NCBI GenBank assembly: GCA_031410275.1
Contig: JANNYV010000423.1
Coordinates: 1-32,600 of the forward strand
From: Bacteroidota bacterium
Lineage (GTDB): Bacteria > Bacteroidota > Bacteroidia > Chitinophagales > Chitinophagaceae
Length of the DNA: 32,600 bases
Direction of reading: 5' to 3'
A model generated the notes under the pieces. That model was not told where the DNA came from and ran no database searches. It saw nothing but the letters and a program-made list of their open reading frames with translations. Shown here piece after piece: positions 6,512 to 13,450 of this stretch. Made by a program: the position numbers and the translations under genes. Within the stretch, counting starts at the first letter, position 1; every line of letters begins with the position of its first letter.

Positions 6512-8626
6512 ATGAGCAATTCAGTCGAATTAAAAATTGGTGGCATGACCTGTGGCAATTGTGCCCTGACCATCACCACCTACTTGACAAAACAAGGAGC
6601 GAAAGATGCTGTAGCAAATTCAGCAACCGGTGATGTTAGCTTTACTATTGATGATGCCATAAAAGAAGAAAAATTGGTTGAAGGCATCGAAAATTTAGGG
6701 TACACCATTGAAAAGGAAACAGACGATGAGCATGTACATGTTCATTTGCATTCAAAGGAAAAGATTTTATTTCTGACGAGTTTGGCTTTTTGGATTCCAT
6801 TGATCTCTCATATGTTTTTGAAATTTACGTTGCTACACAATCCGTGGTTTCAATTGATTTTATGTACACCCGTTTATTTGATCGGTGTATTTTACTTTGG
6901 TCGGAGTGCCTTACGTTCTATCGGGAATAAAATGTTGAATATGGATGTATTGGTCTTTATCGGTGCAAGTGCAGCCTATTTTTACAGTCTAGCCGGATGG
7001 TATTTACATCCTGAGCAGGTGCATGATTATTTATTTTTTGAAACAGCGGCTTCTATTATCACCTTAGTCTTATTCGGAAATTTTTTGGAAGAATATTCGG
7101 TGAGTTCCACCGCAGGTGCTATCAAGGAATTAATGAAATTTCAAAAGACAAAAGCTACATTAATTTTGGTCGACAGTATCGGAAAGGAAACATTGATGCA
7201 AGTAGAGAATAAATATATTCGTTTGCATGATTTGGTATTGGTCAATACGGGTGATCAAATTCCGATAGATGGAGAAATTGTATTTGGTGAAGCAGCGGTT
7301 GATGAAAGTATGATGACAGGCGAAAGTATACCGGTTGTAAAAAATGTAGGTGACAATGTTGTTGGTGGTTCAATTGTTTCGACAGGAAGTATAAAGGTAA
7401 AAGCCACCGCTGTTGGGTCTAAAACGGCCTTATCAACTATTATCCAATTGGTCAATCAAGCACAAGCCGCCAAGCCACCGATGCAAAAATTGGCAGATAA
7501 AATCAGCGCCGTATTTGTACCTCTTGTTATTGCAATTGCCGTCGTTACATTTTTTGTCAATTTTTTTATGTTCGATAAAGGTGTTCAAGATAGTATGATG
7601 CGAACCATTGCGGTGATGGTTATTGCTTGTCCATGTGCAATGGGGCTCGCAACGCCGGCCGCAGTTATGGTGGGACTTGGGCGTGCAGCTAAAAATGGCA
7701 TTCTAATCAAGGGTGGCGACACCTTAGAACATTTTAAAGACATTAAACAATTTGTGTTTGATAAGACTGGCACATTAACAACGGGAAAATTGTCGGTTGA
7801 TACATTTGATACCATATTAGATGAAACAACATTTAAAAATATGGTGGTCGCCATTGAAAAATATTCATCACATCCAATTGCAAAAAGCATTTGCACCGAA
7901 TGGGCAAACGCAAGCATGATTTCATTGACAGATATTAAGGAAGAAAAAGGAATTGGAATGCAGGCAAAAGATGCTGAACAAAATAGTTGGGAAATCGGTT
8001 CATTTAGAATAAGTGAAAATGATTCGAATGAAAAACATGATTTAATTGTATTGAAAAATAAGGAACGAGTTGGATGGATAAATATTAAAGATGAGTTGAG
8101 ACTCGATACGAAAGAAGTCATAACCGAATTAAACCGGAATGGCTATAAAACAATTCTCTTAAGCGGAGACCGGAAAGAAAAATGTGATCGTATTGCGAAA
8201 GAACTTGGCATCGCCGAAGTTTACAGCGAACAGTTGCCTGCACAAAAAATGGAGCTCTTAGAAAAGTTGATGCAATCCGCTCCAACTGCCATGGTTGGCG
8301 ATGGTATAAATGATGCACCCTCTTTGGCAAAAGCAACGATAGGAATTTCATTGAGCGATGCATCACAAATTGCTAAGCAAAGTGCCAATGTACTTTTATT
8401 AAAAAATAAATTATCAGTTCTTCCTATGGCAATCGGGCTTGGTAAACATACTTATTTAACAATCAAACAAAATTTATTCTGGGCGTTTGCATATAATGTA
8501 GTGGCTATTCCGGTTGCAGCAGCAGGCTATCTCACACCAACATGGGGTGCGGCTATTATGGCATTGAGCGATGTAGTATTAATTTTAAATTCGCTTCGAT
8601 TGAACTATAAGAAGGTTACTAGTTAA
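6512..8626 (+). CDS. Heavy-metal-translocating P1B-type ATPase (probably Cu+)
   Basis: - **Metal-binding domain:** N-terminal HMA domain with GMTCGNCALTI.
- **Linker:** His-rich DDEHVHVHLHSKEK.
- **Core motifs:** TGES, CPC in CPCAMGLATP, DKTGTLT, GDGINDAP.
- **Selectivity motifs:** C-terminal YN...MALSD.
- **Start:** I prefer the ATG at 6512 (MSNSVELKIGG) over the TTG at 6446. Confidence 0.9.
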   Translation: MSNSVELKIGGMTCGNCALTITTYLTKQGAKDAVANSATGDVSFTIDDAIKEEKLVEGIENLGYTIEKETDDEHVHVHLHSKEKILFLTSLAFWIPLISHMFLKFTLLHNPWFQLILCTPVYLIGVFYFGRSALRSIGNKMLNMDVLVFIGASAAYFYSLAGWYLHPEQVHDYLFFETAASIITLVLFGNFLEEYSVSSTAGAIKELMKFQKTKATLILVDSIGKETLMQVENKYIRLHDLVLVNTGDQIPIDGEIVFGEAAVDESMMTGESIPVVKNVGDNVVGGSIVSTGSIKVKATAVGSKTALSTIIQLVNQAQAAKPPMQKLADKISAVFVPLVIAIAVVTFFVNFFMFDKGVQDSMMRTIAVMVIACPCAMGLATPAAVMVGLGRAAKNGILIKGGDTLEHFKDIKQFVFDKTGTLTTGKLSVDTFDTILDETTFKNMVVAIEKYSSHPIAKSICTEWANASMISLTDIKEEKGIGMQAKDAEQNSWEIGSFRISENDSNEKHDLIVLKNKERVGWINIKDELRLDTKEVITELNRNGYKTILLSGDRKEKCDRIAKELGIAEVYSEQLPAQKMELLEKLMQSAPTAMVGDGINDAPSLAKATIGISLSDASQIAKQSANVLLLKNKLSVLPMAIGLGKHTYLTIKQNLFWAFAYNVVAIPVAAAGYLTPTWGAAIMALSDVVLILNSLRLNYKKVTS

Positions 8627-8682
8627 GGGATTCGTTGTAGTGTCAACTGCATACTTGTATTCTCTAATTACTTATCGTGTTT

Positions 8683-9864
8683 TCAGGAAAATCCCACAGC
8701 TATTTCACAAAACATTCGAACACCAATCCCAATGGCTTGCTGGTAAATATCGAATTGTGCATTGTGCACAGGGTAGGTAAATTGCCCTTCATGTGAAGTG
8801 CCCAATCTAAAAAAACATCCGGGTACATGATGCGTATAAAAACTAAAATCTTCAGCAGCCATACGACGGTCGAGTTCTACCACATGTTCATTTCCTAAAA
8901 CATGTTGCGCAATACTTCTTGCCTTTTGTGTTGTAGCCGGATCGTTGTACAAAAAAGGATAACCCATTGGAATATCTACTTCCACGGTTGCGCCCATCGC
9001 TTCGCATAATGAGGTCGTATGTTTTTTTATCAGGCGATGCGCTTCTGCTCTCCATGTTTCATCCATGCATCGCAAGGTGCCTTCTAATTTTACCTCAGAA
9101 GGAATGACATTCCCCACATTACCGCCTTGTATTTTACCAAATGAAAGAACCGACGGATTTAAGGGATTATTATTTCTTGAAATAATTTGTTGCAAACTCA
9201 TCAATAAATTAGCTGAAATAATAATAGGGTCTATCGTTTGATGAGGAAGCGCAGCATGCCCACCCTTTCCTTTTACCGTAATATAAATTTCATCTGCACT
9301 CGCCATATATTGCCCTTCCCTAAAACCCACTTTACCATATGGCAAATGAGGGTATACATGCAAGGCAAAGATGGCTTGCGGTTTTGGATTTTCGAGAACA
9401 CCTTCTTTAATCATTAGGCTTGCCCCGCCCGGGTGCTTTTCTTCACCGGGTTGAAAAATACATTTAATAGTGCCTTCCCATTCATCCTTTGTTTCATTCA
9501 AAATTCTAGCAGCACCAAGTAAACAGGTGGTATGCACATCATGACCGCATGCATGCATCACGCCTTCGTTTTGTGATTTATAAGGCACCTCATTTTTTTC
9601 AAGTATAGGCAATGCATCCATATCGCCTCGCAATGCAATAATTCTGCTGTCAGGATTTTTTCCTTTAATTAAAGCAACAATACCTGTTCCGGCTATCCCT
9701 GTTGTATGTTCGATATTCCATGAAGTTAATTTCTCCGAAACAAAGGCTGATGTATTATATTCCTGAAATGAAAGTTCCGGATGCGAATGAATATGTTCTC
9801 TGATATGAATGAACTCAGACAGGTATTTCGATATTAATGTTTCAATGGATTTATTCACTGACAT
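8683..9864 (-). CDS. M20-family amidohydrolase (N-acyl-L-amino-acid amidohydrolase / hippurate hydrolase type)
   Basis: Motifs seen are IREHIHSHPELSFQE, ALRGDMDALP, HACGHDVHT and GGHAALPH, which are typical of the M20D subfamily. Confidence 0.85.
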   Translation of the reverse strand: MSVNKSIETLISKYLSEFIHIREHIHSHPELSFQEYNTSAFVSEKLTSWNIEHTTGIAGTGIVALIKGKNPDSRIIALRGDMDALPILEKNEVPYKSQNEGVMHACGHDVHTTCLLGAARILNETKDEWEGTIKCIFQPGEEKHPGGASLMIKEGVLENPKPQAIFALHVYPHLPYGKVGFREGQYMASADEIYITVKGKGGHAALPHQTIDPIIISANLLMSLQQIISRNNNPLNPSVLSFGKIQGGNVGNVIPSEVKLEGTLRCMDETWRAEAHRLIKKHTTSLCEAMGATVEVDIPMGYPFLYNDPATTQKARSIAQHVLGNEHVVELDRRMAAEDFSFYTHHVPGCFFRLGTSHEGQFTYPVHNAQFDIYQQAIGIGVRMFCEIAVGFS

Positions 9865-10375
9865 TAATATTTTTTACGGTAATAATATCGGGAACAATAA
9901 AGGATGTTGGAAACATTGAACTCACCCTTCGTAAAAAGTCAGTCGCTTCCTTTTTACTTTCAAAATCACCCACCTTTATTTTATATGAAGGTACATTATA
10001 CGACATATAAGAACGTTGTGTAGCAAATGTTTTGCTGAATTTGTTTTTTGCTTCCATGGCCAATGTCCTGTCCGGGCCATTGTATACAATTATGCGGAAT
10101 CCTTTGGTGGTGTATATGCTTCCGGTCACTTTTTTCTTTCCGTTGCCCGATACAATAGGTTTGGCATTCGTCATTTCCTTATCGCCATACTTGGCTCTGT
10201 CTTCTGACTCTAATTTCGCCATCAGTGGACCGCGCTTATCCAAAATGTCTAATCGAGGATCTTTGAATATTATGACATTTTCAATGACACCAATTGTATC
10301 TGTAACGGTTTCTTCGGTTTGAGAAAAAGCAACGACACTTGACAATAAAAAGAATAACGTAAATAAATGTTTCAT
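9851..10375 (-). CDS. SPOR-domain protein (secreted/periplasmic)
   Basis: The signal peptide is MKHLFTLFFLLSSVVAFSQ from the ATG at 10375. The C-terminal region GFRIIVYNGPDRTLAMEAKNKFSKTF...YKIKVGDFESKKEATDFLRRV fits the SPOR peptidoglycan-binding repeat. The 3' end overlaps the M20 gene start by 14 nt. Confidence 0.7.
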   Translation of the reverse strand: MKHLFTLFFLLSSVVAFSQTEETVTDTIGVIENVIIFKDPRLDILDKRGPLMAKLESEDRAKYGDKEMTNAKPIVSGNGKKKVTGSIYTTKGFRIIVYNGPDRTLAMEAKNKFSKTFATQRSYMSYNVPSYKIKVGDFESKKEATDFLRRVSSMFPTSFIVPDIITVKNINVSE

Positions 10376-10389
10376 GAAATGAATTGGGG

Positions 10390-10397
10390 CAAAGGTA
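10390..10397 (-). promoter_or_regulatory. Bacteroidota -7 promoter box TACCTTTG for the SPOR/M20 transcription unit
   Basis: The plus strand reads caaaggta, which is TACCTTTG on the minus strand, 14 nt upstream of the ATG at 10375. Confidence 0.45.
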
Positions 10398-10475
10398 AAA
10401 CGATTACTGAGTGAAATATAATTTTGATGAATTTTTTTATTGTTAGTAATATTGTAAAAACTGAAGGAATTCGTC

Positions 10476-10838
10476 ATGGAGAAATACACATTAGTTATTG
10501 GAGCCTCTGAGAATCTTGAAAGATACAGCAATAAAGCCATCCGAAAATTAAAGCAATACGGTCATCGTATCGCCGCCATTGGAAACAGAGAAGGAAATGT
10601 AGAGGATATTTCTTTTTCGAAAGAGAAAAAGAATTTTGAAGGGATTGATACAGTCACCTTGTATATTGGTGAACGGCATCAACCCGAATATTATGATTAC
10701 ATCTTGTCATTGAAACCCAAGCGAATCATCTTTAATCCGGGTGCGGAAAATGAAGAGTTTGAAACCTTGGCAAAGAAGCAAGGCATTCAAACAATGGAGG
10801 CGTGCACATTGGTCTTGCTGGGAACGGGGCAATATTAA
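10476..10838 (+). CDS. CoA-binding domain protein (YccU-like), paralog 1
   Basis: This is a 120-aa protein with the motifs LVIGASEN..RYSNKA, IIFNPGAENEE and ACTLV. That pattern matches small Rossmann-like CoA-binding proteins. Confidence 0.7.
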   Translation: MEKYTLVIGASENLERYSNKAIRKLKQYGHRIAAIGNREGNVEDISFSKEKKNFEGIDTVTLYIGERHQPEYYDYILSLKPKRIIFNPGAENEEFETLAKKQGIQTMEACTLVLLGTGQY

Positions 10839-10928
10839 AAAGCTGAAAGCTATTCGTTGGCAACCATTTCCAAAAAAAATACATACTATGAATGATTCAA
10901 TAAAGTAAAACGAAAATAAAAGCTTAGG

Positions 10929-11453
10929 ATGCGAAGAATATCAATAATTATTTTCATAACTAAATTGACTTTCGCTCTTTCATATTGCTATGGACAAAAT
11001 GAAATTGATTACCCATTATTGAAAATCGACTCCGCTACTGGTTTATGTTGGACGAAAAATGATTTTAGCTTTATTAAAAACCGGTTTCTTACTAATTGGA
11101 AAGAGACAGTTGAGTGGAAAGATGAAATGAATACTAGTAATTATGGAGGGTTTTCGGATTGGAGAGTTCCCACAATCTCAGAATATAGAACTATCAATAA
11201 GAATAAAAAGGATAGAGAGATATATCGAAACCAATTTAATGAAATGGACTCTGTTTGTGTGTGGGGTAAAGGGGCATATTCATTTTGGAGTGCTACGACT
11301 CCAAATAAATTTACGGCAAGCTACATAAGTTTTATAGATGGATTTGCCACATCGGGAGACAGAGAAAAGCAATTTTCCAGTCCGTATAGTTCATGGAATG
11401 GAGTAGAATTAGGAATGAGTACACGGCTTGTCAGAAATATTAAAAAGAAATAA
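10929..11453 (+). CDS. DUF1566 (Lcl C-terminal-like) domain protein, secreted
   Basis: It has an N-terminal signal or anchor. The motifs GLCWTKND...W.E.VEW...N..NYGGFSDWRVPTISEYRTI match the DUF1566 core pattern (..W...a...C..l...G..dWRLPt..EL..). Confidence 0.65.
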   Translation: MRRISIIIFITKLTFALSYCYGQNEIDYPLLKIDSATGLCWTKNDFSFIKNRFLTNWKETVEWKDEMNTSNYGGFSDWRVPTISEYRTINKNKKDREIYRNQFNEMDSVCVWGKGAYSFWSATTPNKFTASYISFIDGFATSGDREKQFSSPYSSWNGVELGMSTRLVRNIKKK

Positions 11454-11505
11454 AACTGCCCCCAACCTGCAGTAATTGCGCAATGCCGCCGAATGAACTG
11501 TTCAG

Positions 11506-11848
11506 TCAAATTTTCGTAATCTGAGTTTGCATTTAGAAAATACGACTGACCTTAAAATTTTAGGATATCAATTATATTTTCCACTTTTTTCTTGACAAAA
11601 AAGTGGAGCAAAAAGTCAAGACTGACGAAAAATTGGCTAAAAATCTTCTTGAATGGCGAAAAAAATGAAAAAGCTATGCAGCAATTGTCCTTCCTTGTTC
11701 TTAGATACTTAGATTGAGCCAATAAACTTTATGTTGATACGTGCAATAGTTTTCATTTTTTTCGCCATTCAAAAAGATTTTCTTAACGCCATTTTTCTAA
11801 GGTCAGTGAAATGCATTCGTCTCTATAAAAAATGTAGCGAAAATTTGA
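11506..11848. repeat. Nested imperfect palindrome (MITE-like or cruciform-forming element)
   Basis: Three nested inverted-repeat layers are present:
- **Outer:** TCAAATTTTCG (11506-11516) pairs with CGAAAATTTGA (11838-11848), 11/11.
- **Middle:** 11529-11557 pairs with 11792-11814 (GCATTT..ACTGACCTTA..).
- **Inner:** a perfect 23-bp repeat, TTGAATGGCGAAAAAAATGAAAA (11649-11671), pairs with 11750-11772 across a 78-bp spacer.

The left arm also carries a separate perfect 10-bp hairpin, CCACTTTTTT/AAAAAAGTGG (11581-11606). Confidence 0.8.
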
Positions 11849-11857
11849 AATGCACCC

Positions 11858-11888
11858 GACATCGGACATCAAGCATCGAACATCGAAT
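11858..11888 (+). repeat. Heptamer-periodic tract GACATCG GACATCA AGCATCG AACATCG AAT
   Basis: Read directly from the sequence. It has the same unit, phase and 3' end (AACATCGAAT) as the tract at 6464-6494. It lies 7 nt upstream of TACATTTG. Confidence 0.9.
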
Positions 11889-11895
11889 TTATTAC

Positions 11896-11903
11896 TACAT
11901 TTG
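11896..11903 (+). promoter_or_regulatory. Bacteroidota -7 promoter box TACATTTG for the ABC ATPase gene
   Basis: TACATTTG matches TAnnTTTG and ends 5 nt before the first conserved codons of the ABC ATPase reading frame. Confidence 0.45.
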
Positions 11904-11908
11904 CCTTT

Positions 11909-12508
11909 CTGAAAATTGAATTACAACATATTAGCAAACGTTTTGGCGCAGAGCTTTTGTTCGATGATATTTCATTGACTTTTGAATTACCTTCTTCAAC
12001 TGCCTTATTAGGAATTAATGGTTCAGGAAAATCTACCTTGCTTCAAATTATTGCTACTTATATGATCCCTTCGAAAGGGGAAGTGATTTATGAAATAGAA
12101 GGCAAGAAAATTGATCCCGAGGATATCTTTCAATCCATTTCTCTTTGCGCTCCTTATCTCGAACTGATAGAAGAAATGACCTTGACTGAATTTTTGGAAT
12201 ACCATTTTACATTTAAAAAACCGGTGTTACCTGTCGATGAAATGATTCGGTATATTGGGTTGGAACACGCGCAGCATAAAATGATTGAGAAATTCTCGAG
12301 CGGTATGAAGCAACGTGTTAAGCTGGCACAAGCGATTTTTGCGAATACACCCGTACTTTTTTTAGATGAGCCATGCACCAATTTAGATGATCAAGGAATT
12401 GCTTTATATAAAAATTTGATAGAAGCATATTGCCGTCAACGAATCTTAATTATTGCTTCGAATAATATCACTGAATATGAAGTATGTGAACGAACATACA
12501 AAATTTGA
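11909..12508 (+). CDS. ABC-transporter ATP-binding protein; start codon uncertain, orphan (no adjacent permease)
   Basis: It has Walker A GINGSGKST, signature FSSGMKQRV and Walker B VLFLDEP. The ORF track starts at TTG 11957, but the in-frame upstream codons read (L)KIELQHISKRFGAELL, the canonical first beta-strand of ABC ATPases. No in-frame ATG, GTG or TTG precedes that stretch; only CTG 11909 and ATT 11915 are available. Confidence 0.75.
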   Translation: MKIELQHISKRFGAELLFDDISLTFELPSSTALLGINGSGKSTLLQIIATYMIPSKGEVIYEIEGKKIDPEDIFQSISLCAPYLELIEEMTLTEFLEYHFTFKKPVLPVDEMIRYIGLEHAQHKMIEKFSSGMKQRVKLAQAIFANTPVLFLDEPCTNLDDQGIALYKNLIEAYCRQRILIIASNNITEYEVCERTYKI

Positions 12509-12523
12509 AAATGACTACAAAGT

Positions 12524-12582
12524 CTCATAACTCATCGCTTATAACTTATAACTCATCAACCCGTAACTCGCCAACACCATAA
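12524..12582. repeat. Heptamer-periodic tract CTCATAA CTCATCG CTTATAA CTTATAA CTCATCA (A)CCCGTAA CTCGCCA ...
   Basis: Read directly from the sequence. Its reverse complement belongs to the GTTAYGR family seen at 16470-16522. It ends 12 nt before the tatD ATG. Confidence 0.85.
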
Positions 12583-12594
12583 CATTCATTCACA

Positions 12595-13359
12595 ATGATA
12601 GACACCCACACTCACCTATACGACGAAAAATTTGATGATGACCGAAACGATATGATACAACGAGCTATCGCTTCCGGTGTTGAAAAAATGTTCCTTCCAA
12701 ATTGCGATTCAACGACCATTGAACCCATGCTTAATGTTGAAACAAATTTTCCGGAACATTGTTTTGCCATGATGGGCTTGCATCCTTGCTATGTAAAGGA
12801 AAATGCTGCAAAAGAATTACAGATTGTGCGGGATTGGTTGGAGAAAAGAACATTTTGTGCAGTGGGGGAAATTGGTCTCGATTATTATTGGGATAAGACA
12901 TTTGTTGCTGAACAAAAAAATGCATTTCGTTCACAAATAGAGTGGGCCTTGGAATTTGATATTCCTATTGTCATTCATACCCGTGAAGCCACAAAAGATA
13001 CGATTGATATTGTGTATGAATATTCCTCGCGAGGCATTAAGGGCGTGTTTCATTGTTTTAGCGGGAGCTATGAAAGTGCTGTTCAAATTATTGATATGGG
13101 ATTTTATTTGGGCATAGGTGGCGTGCTCACATACAAAAATGCAGGCTTGCAAGAGGTCATTCAAAAAATAGATTTGAAATATCTCGTCCTCGAAACCGAT
13201 TCCCCTTATTTAACACCTGTCCCGCATCGCGGCAAACGAAATGAAAGCAGCTACGTCAATTTAGTGGCTGAAAAATTAGCGGAATTGAAAAATATTTCCT
13301 TGCGGGAATTAGAGGCTGTCACAACAGAAAATGCAATGAGGTTATTTCAACAAGGATAA
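12595..13359 (+). CDS. tatD: TatD-family metal-dependent hydrolase (DNase)
   Basis: It begins MIDTHTHLYDEKF, and contains GEIGLDYYW, VIHTREA and FHCFSG...LETDSPYL motifs. The length is 254 aa. Confidence 0.9.
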   Translation: MIDTHTHLYDEKFDDDRNDMIQRAIASGVEKMFLPNCDSTTIEPMLNVETNFPEHCFAMMGLHPCYVKENAAKELQIVRDWLEKRTFCAVGEIGLDYYWDKTFVAEQKNAFRSQIEWALEFDIPIVIHTREATKDTIDIVYEYSSRGIKGVFHCFSGSYESAVQIIDMGFYLGIGGVLTYKNAGLQEVIQKIDLKYLVLETDSPYLTPVPHRGKRNESSYVNLVAEKLAELKNISLRELEAVTTENAMRLFQQG

Positions 13360-13404
13360 AAAATATTTTTCCTTTTTCGGTTTATTCGTAAAGGCATTCC
13401 CAAC

Positions 13405-13434
13405 AAAAAAGCCCCACAATTGTGAGGCTTTTGA
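13405..13434. terminator. Bidirectional rho-independent terminator between the convergent tatD and M36 protease genes
   Basis: AAGCCCCACA (13409-13418) pairs with TGTGAGGCTT (13421-13430) with one mismatch. An A-run lies upstream and a T-run (TTTT) lies downstream. Confidence 0.6.
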
Positions 13435-13450
13435 TTAAAAATTTATTTTC

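Noticed and set aside
7585-8121. 178-aa antisense ORF inside the P-type ATPase gene, and similar shadow ORFs (for example 2915-3172, 4511-4717, 14356-14580, 15376-15699, 20975-21280, 25768-26022, 28126-28404)
   Set aside because: All lie wholly within strongly supported genes on the opposite strand or in another frame. They show low-complexity, Cys/Ser/Leu-rich translations typical of shadow frames.
11506-11848. Insertion sequence or phase-variable invertible promoter
   Set aside because: The window contains no transposase, integrase or invertase gene. I could not find flanking direct repeats. The 78-bp segment between the perfect inverted repeats contains no clean TAnnTTTG box on either strand. 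I keep it only as a structural repeat or MITE-like candidate.
11731-11919. 62-aa ORF in the large intergenic gap
   Set aside because: It starts inside the spacer of the 23-bp inverted repeat and reads through the right palindrome arm and the heptamer tract. Its composition is low-complexity and no family was recognisable.
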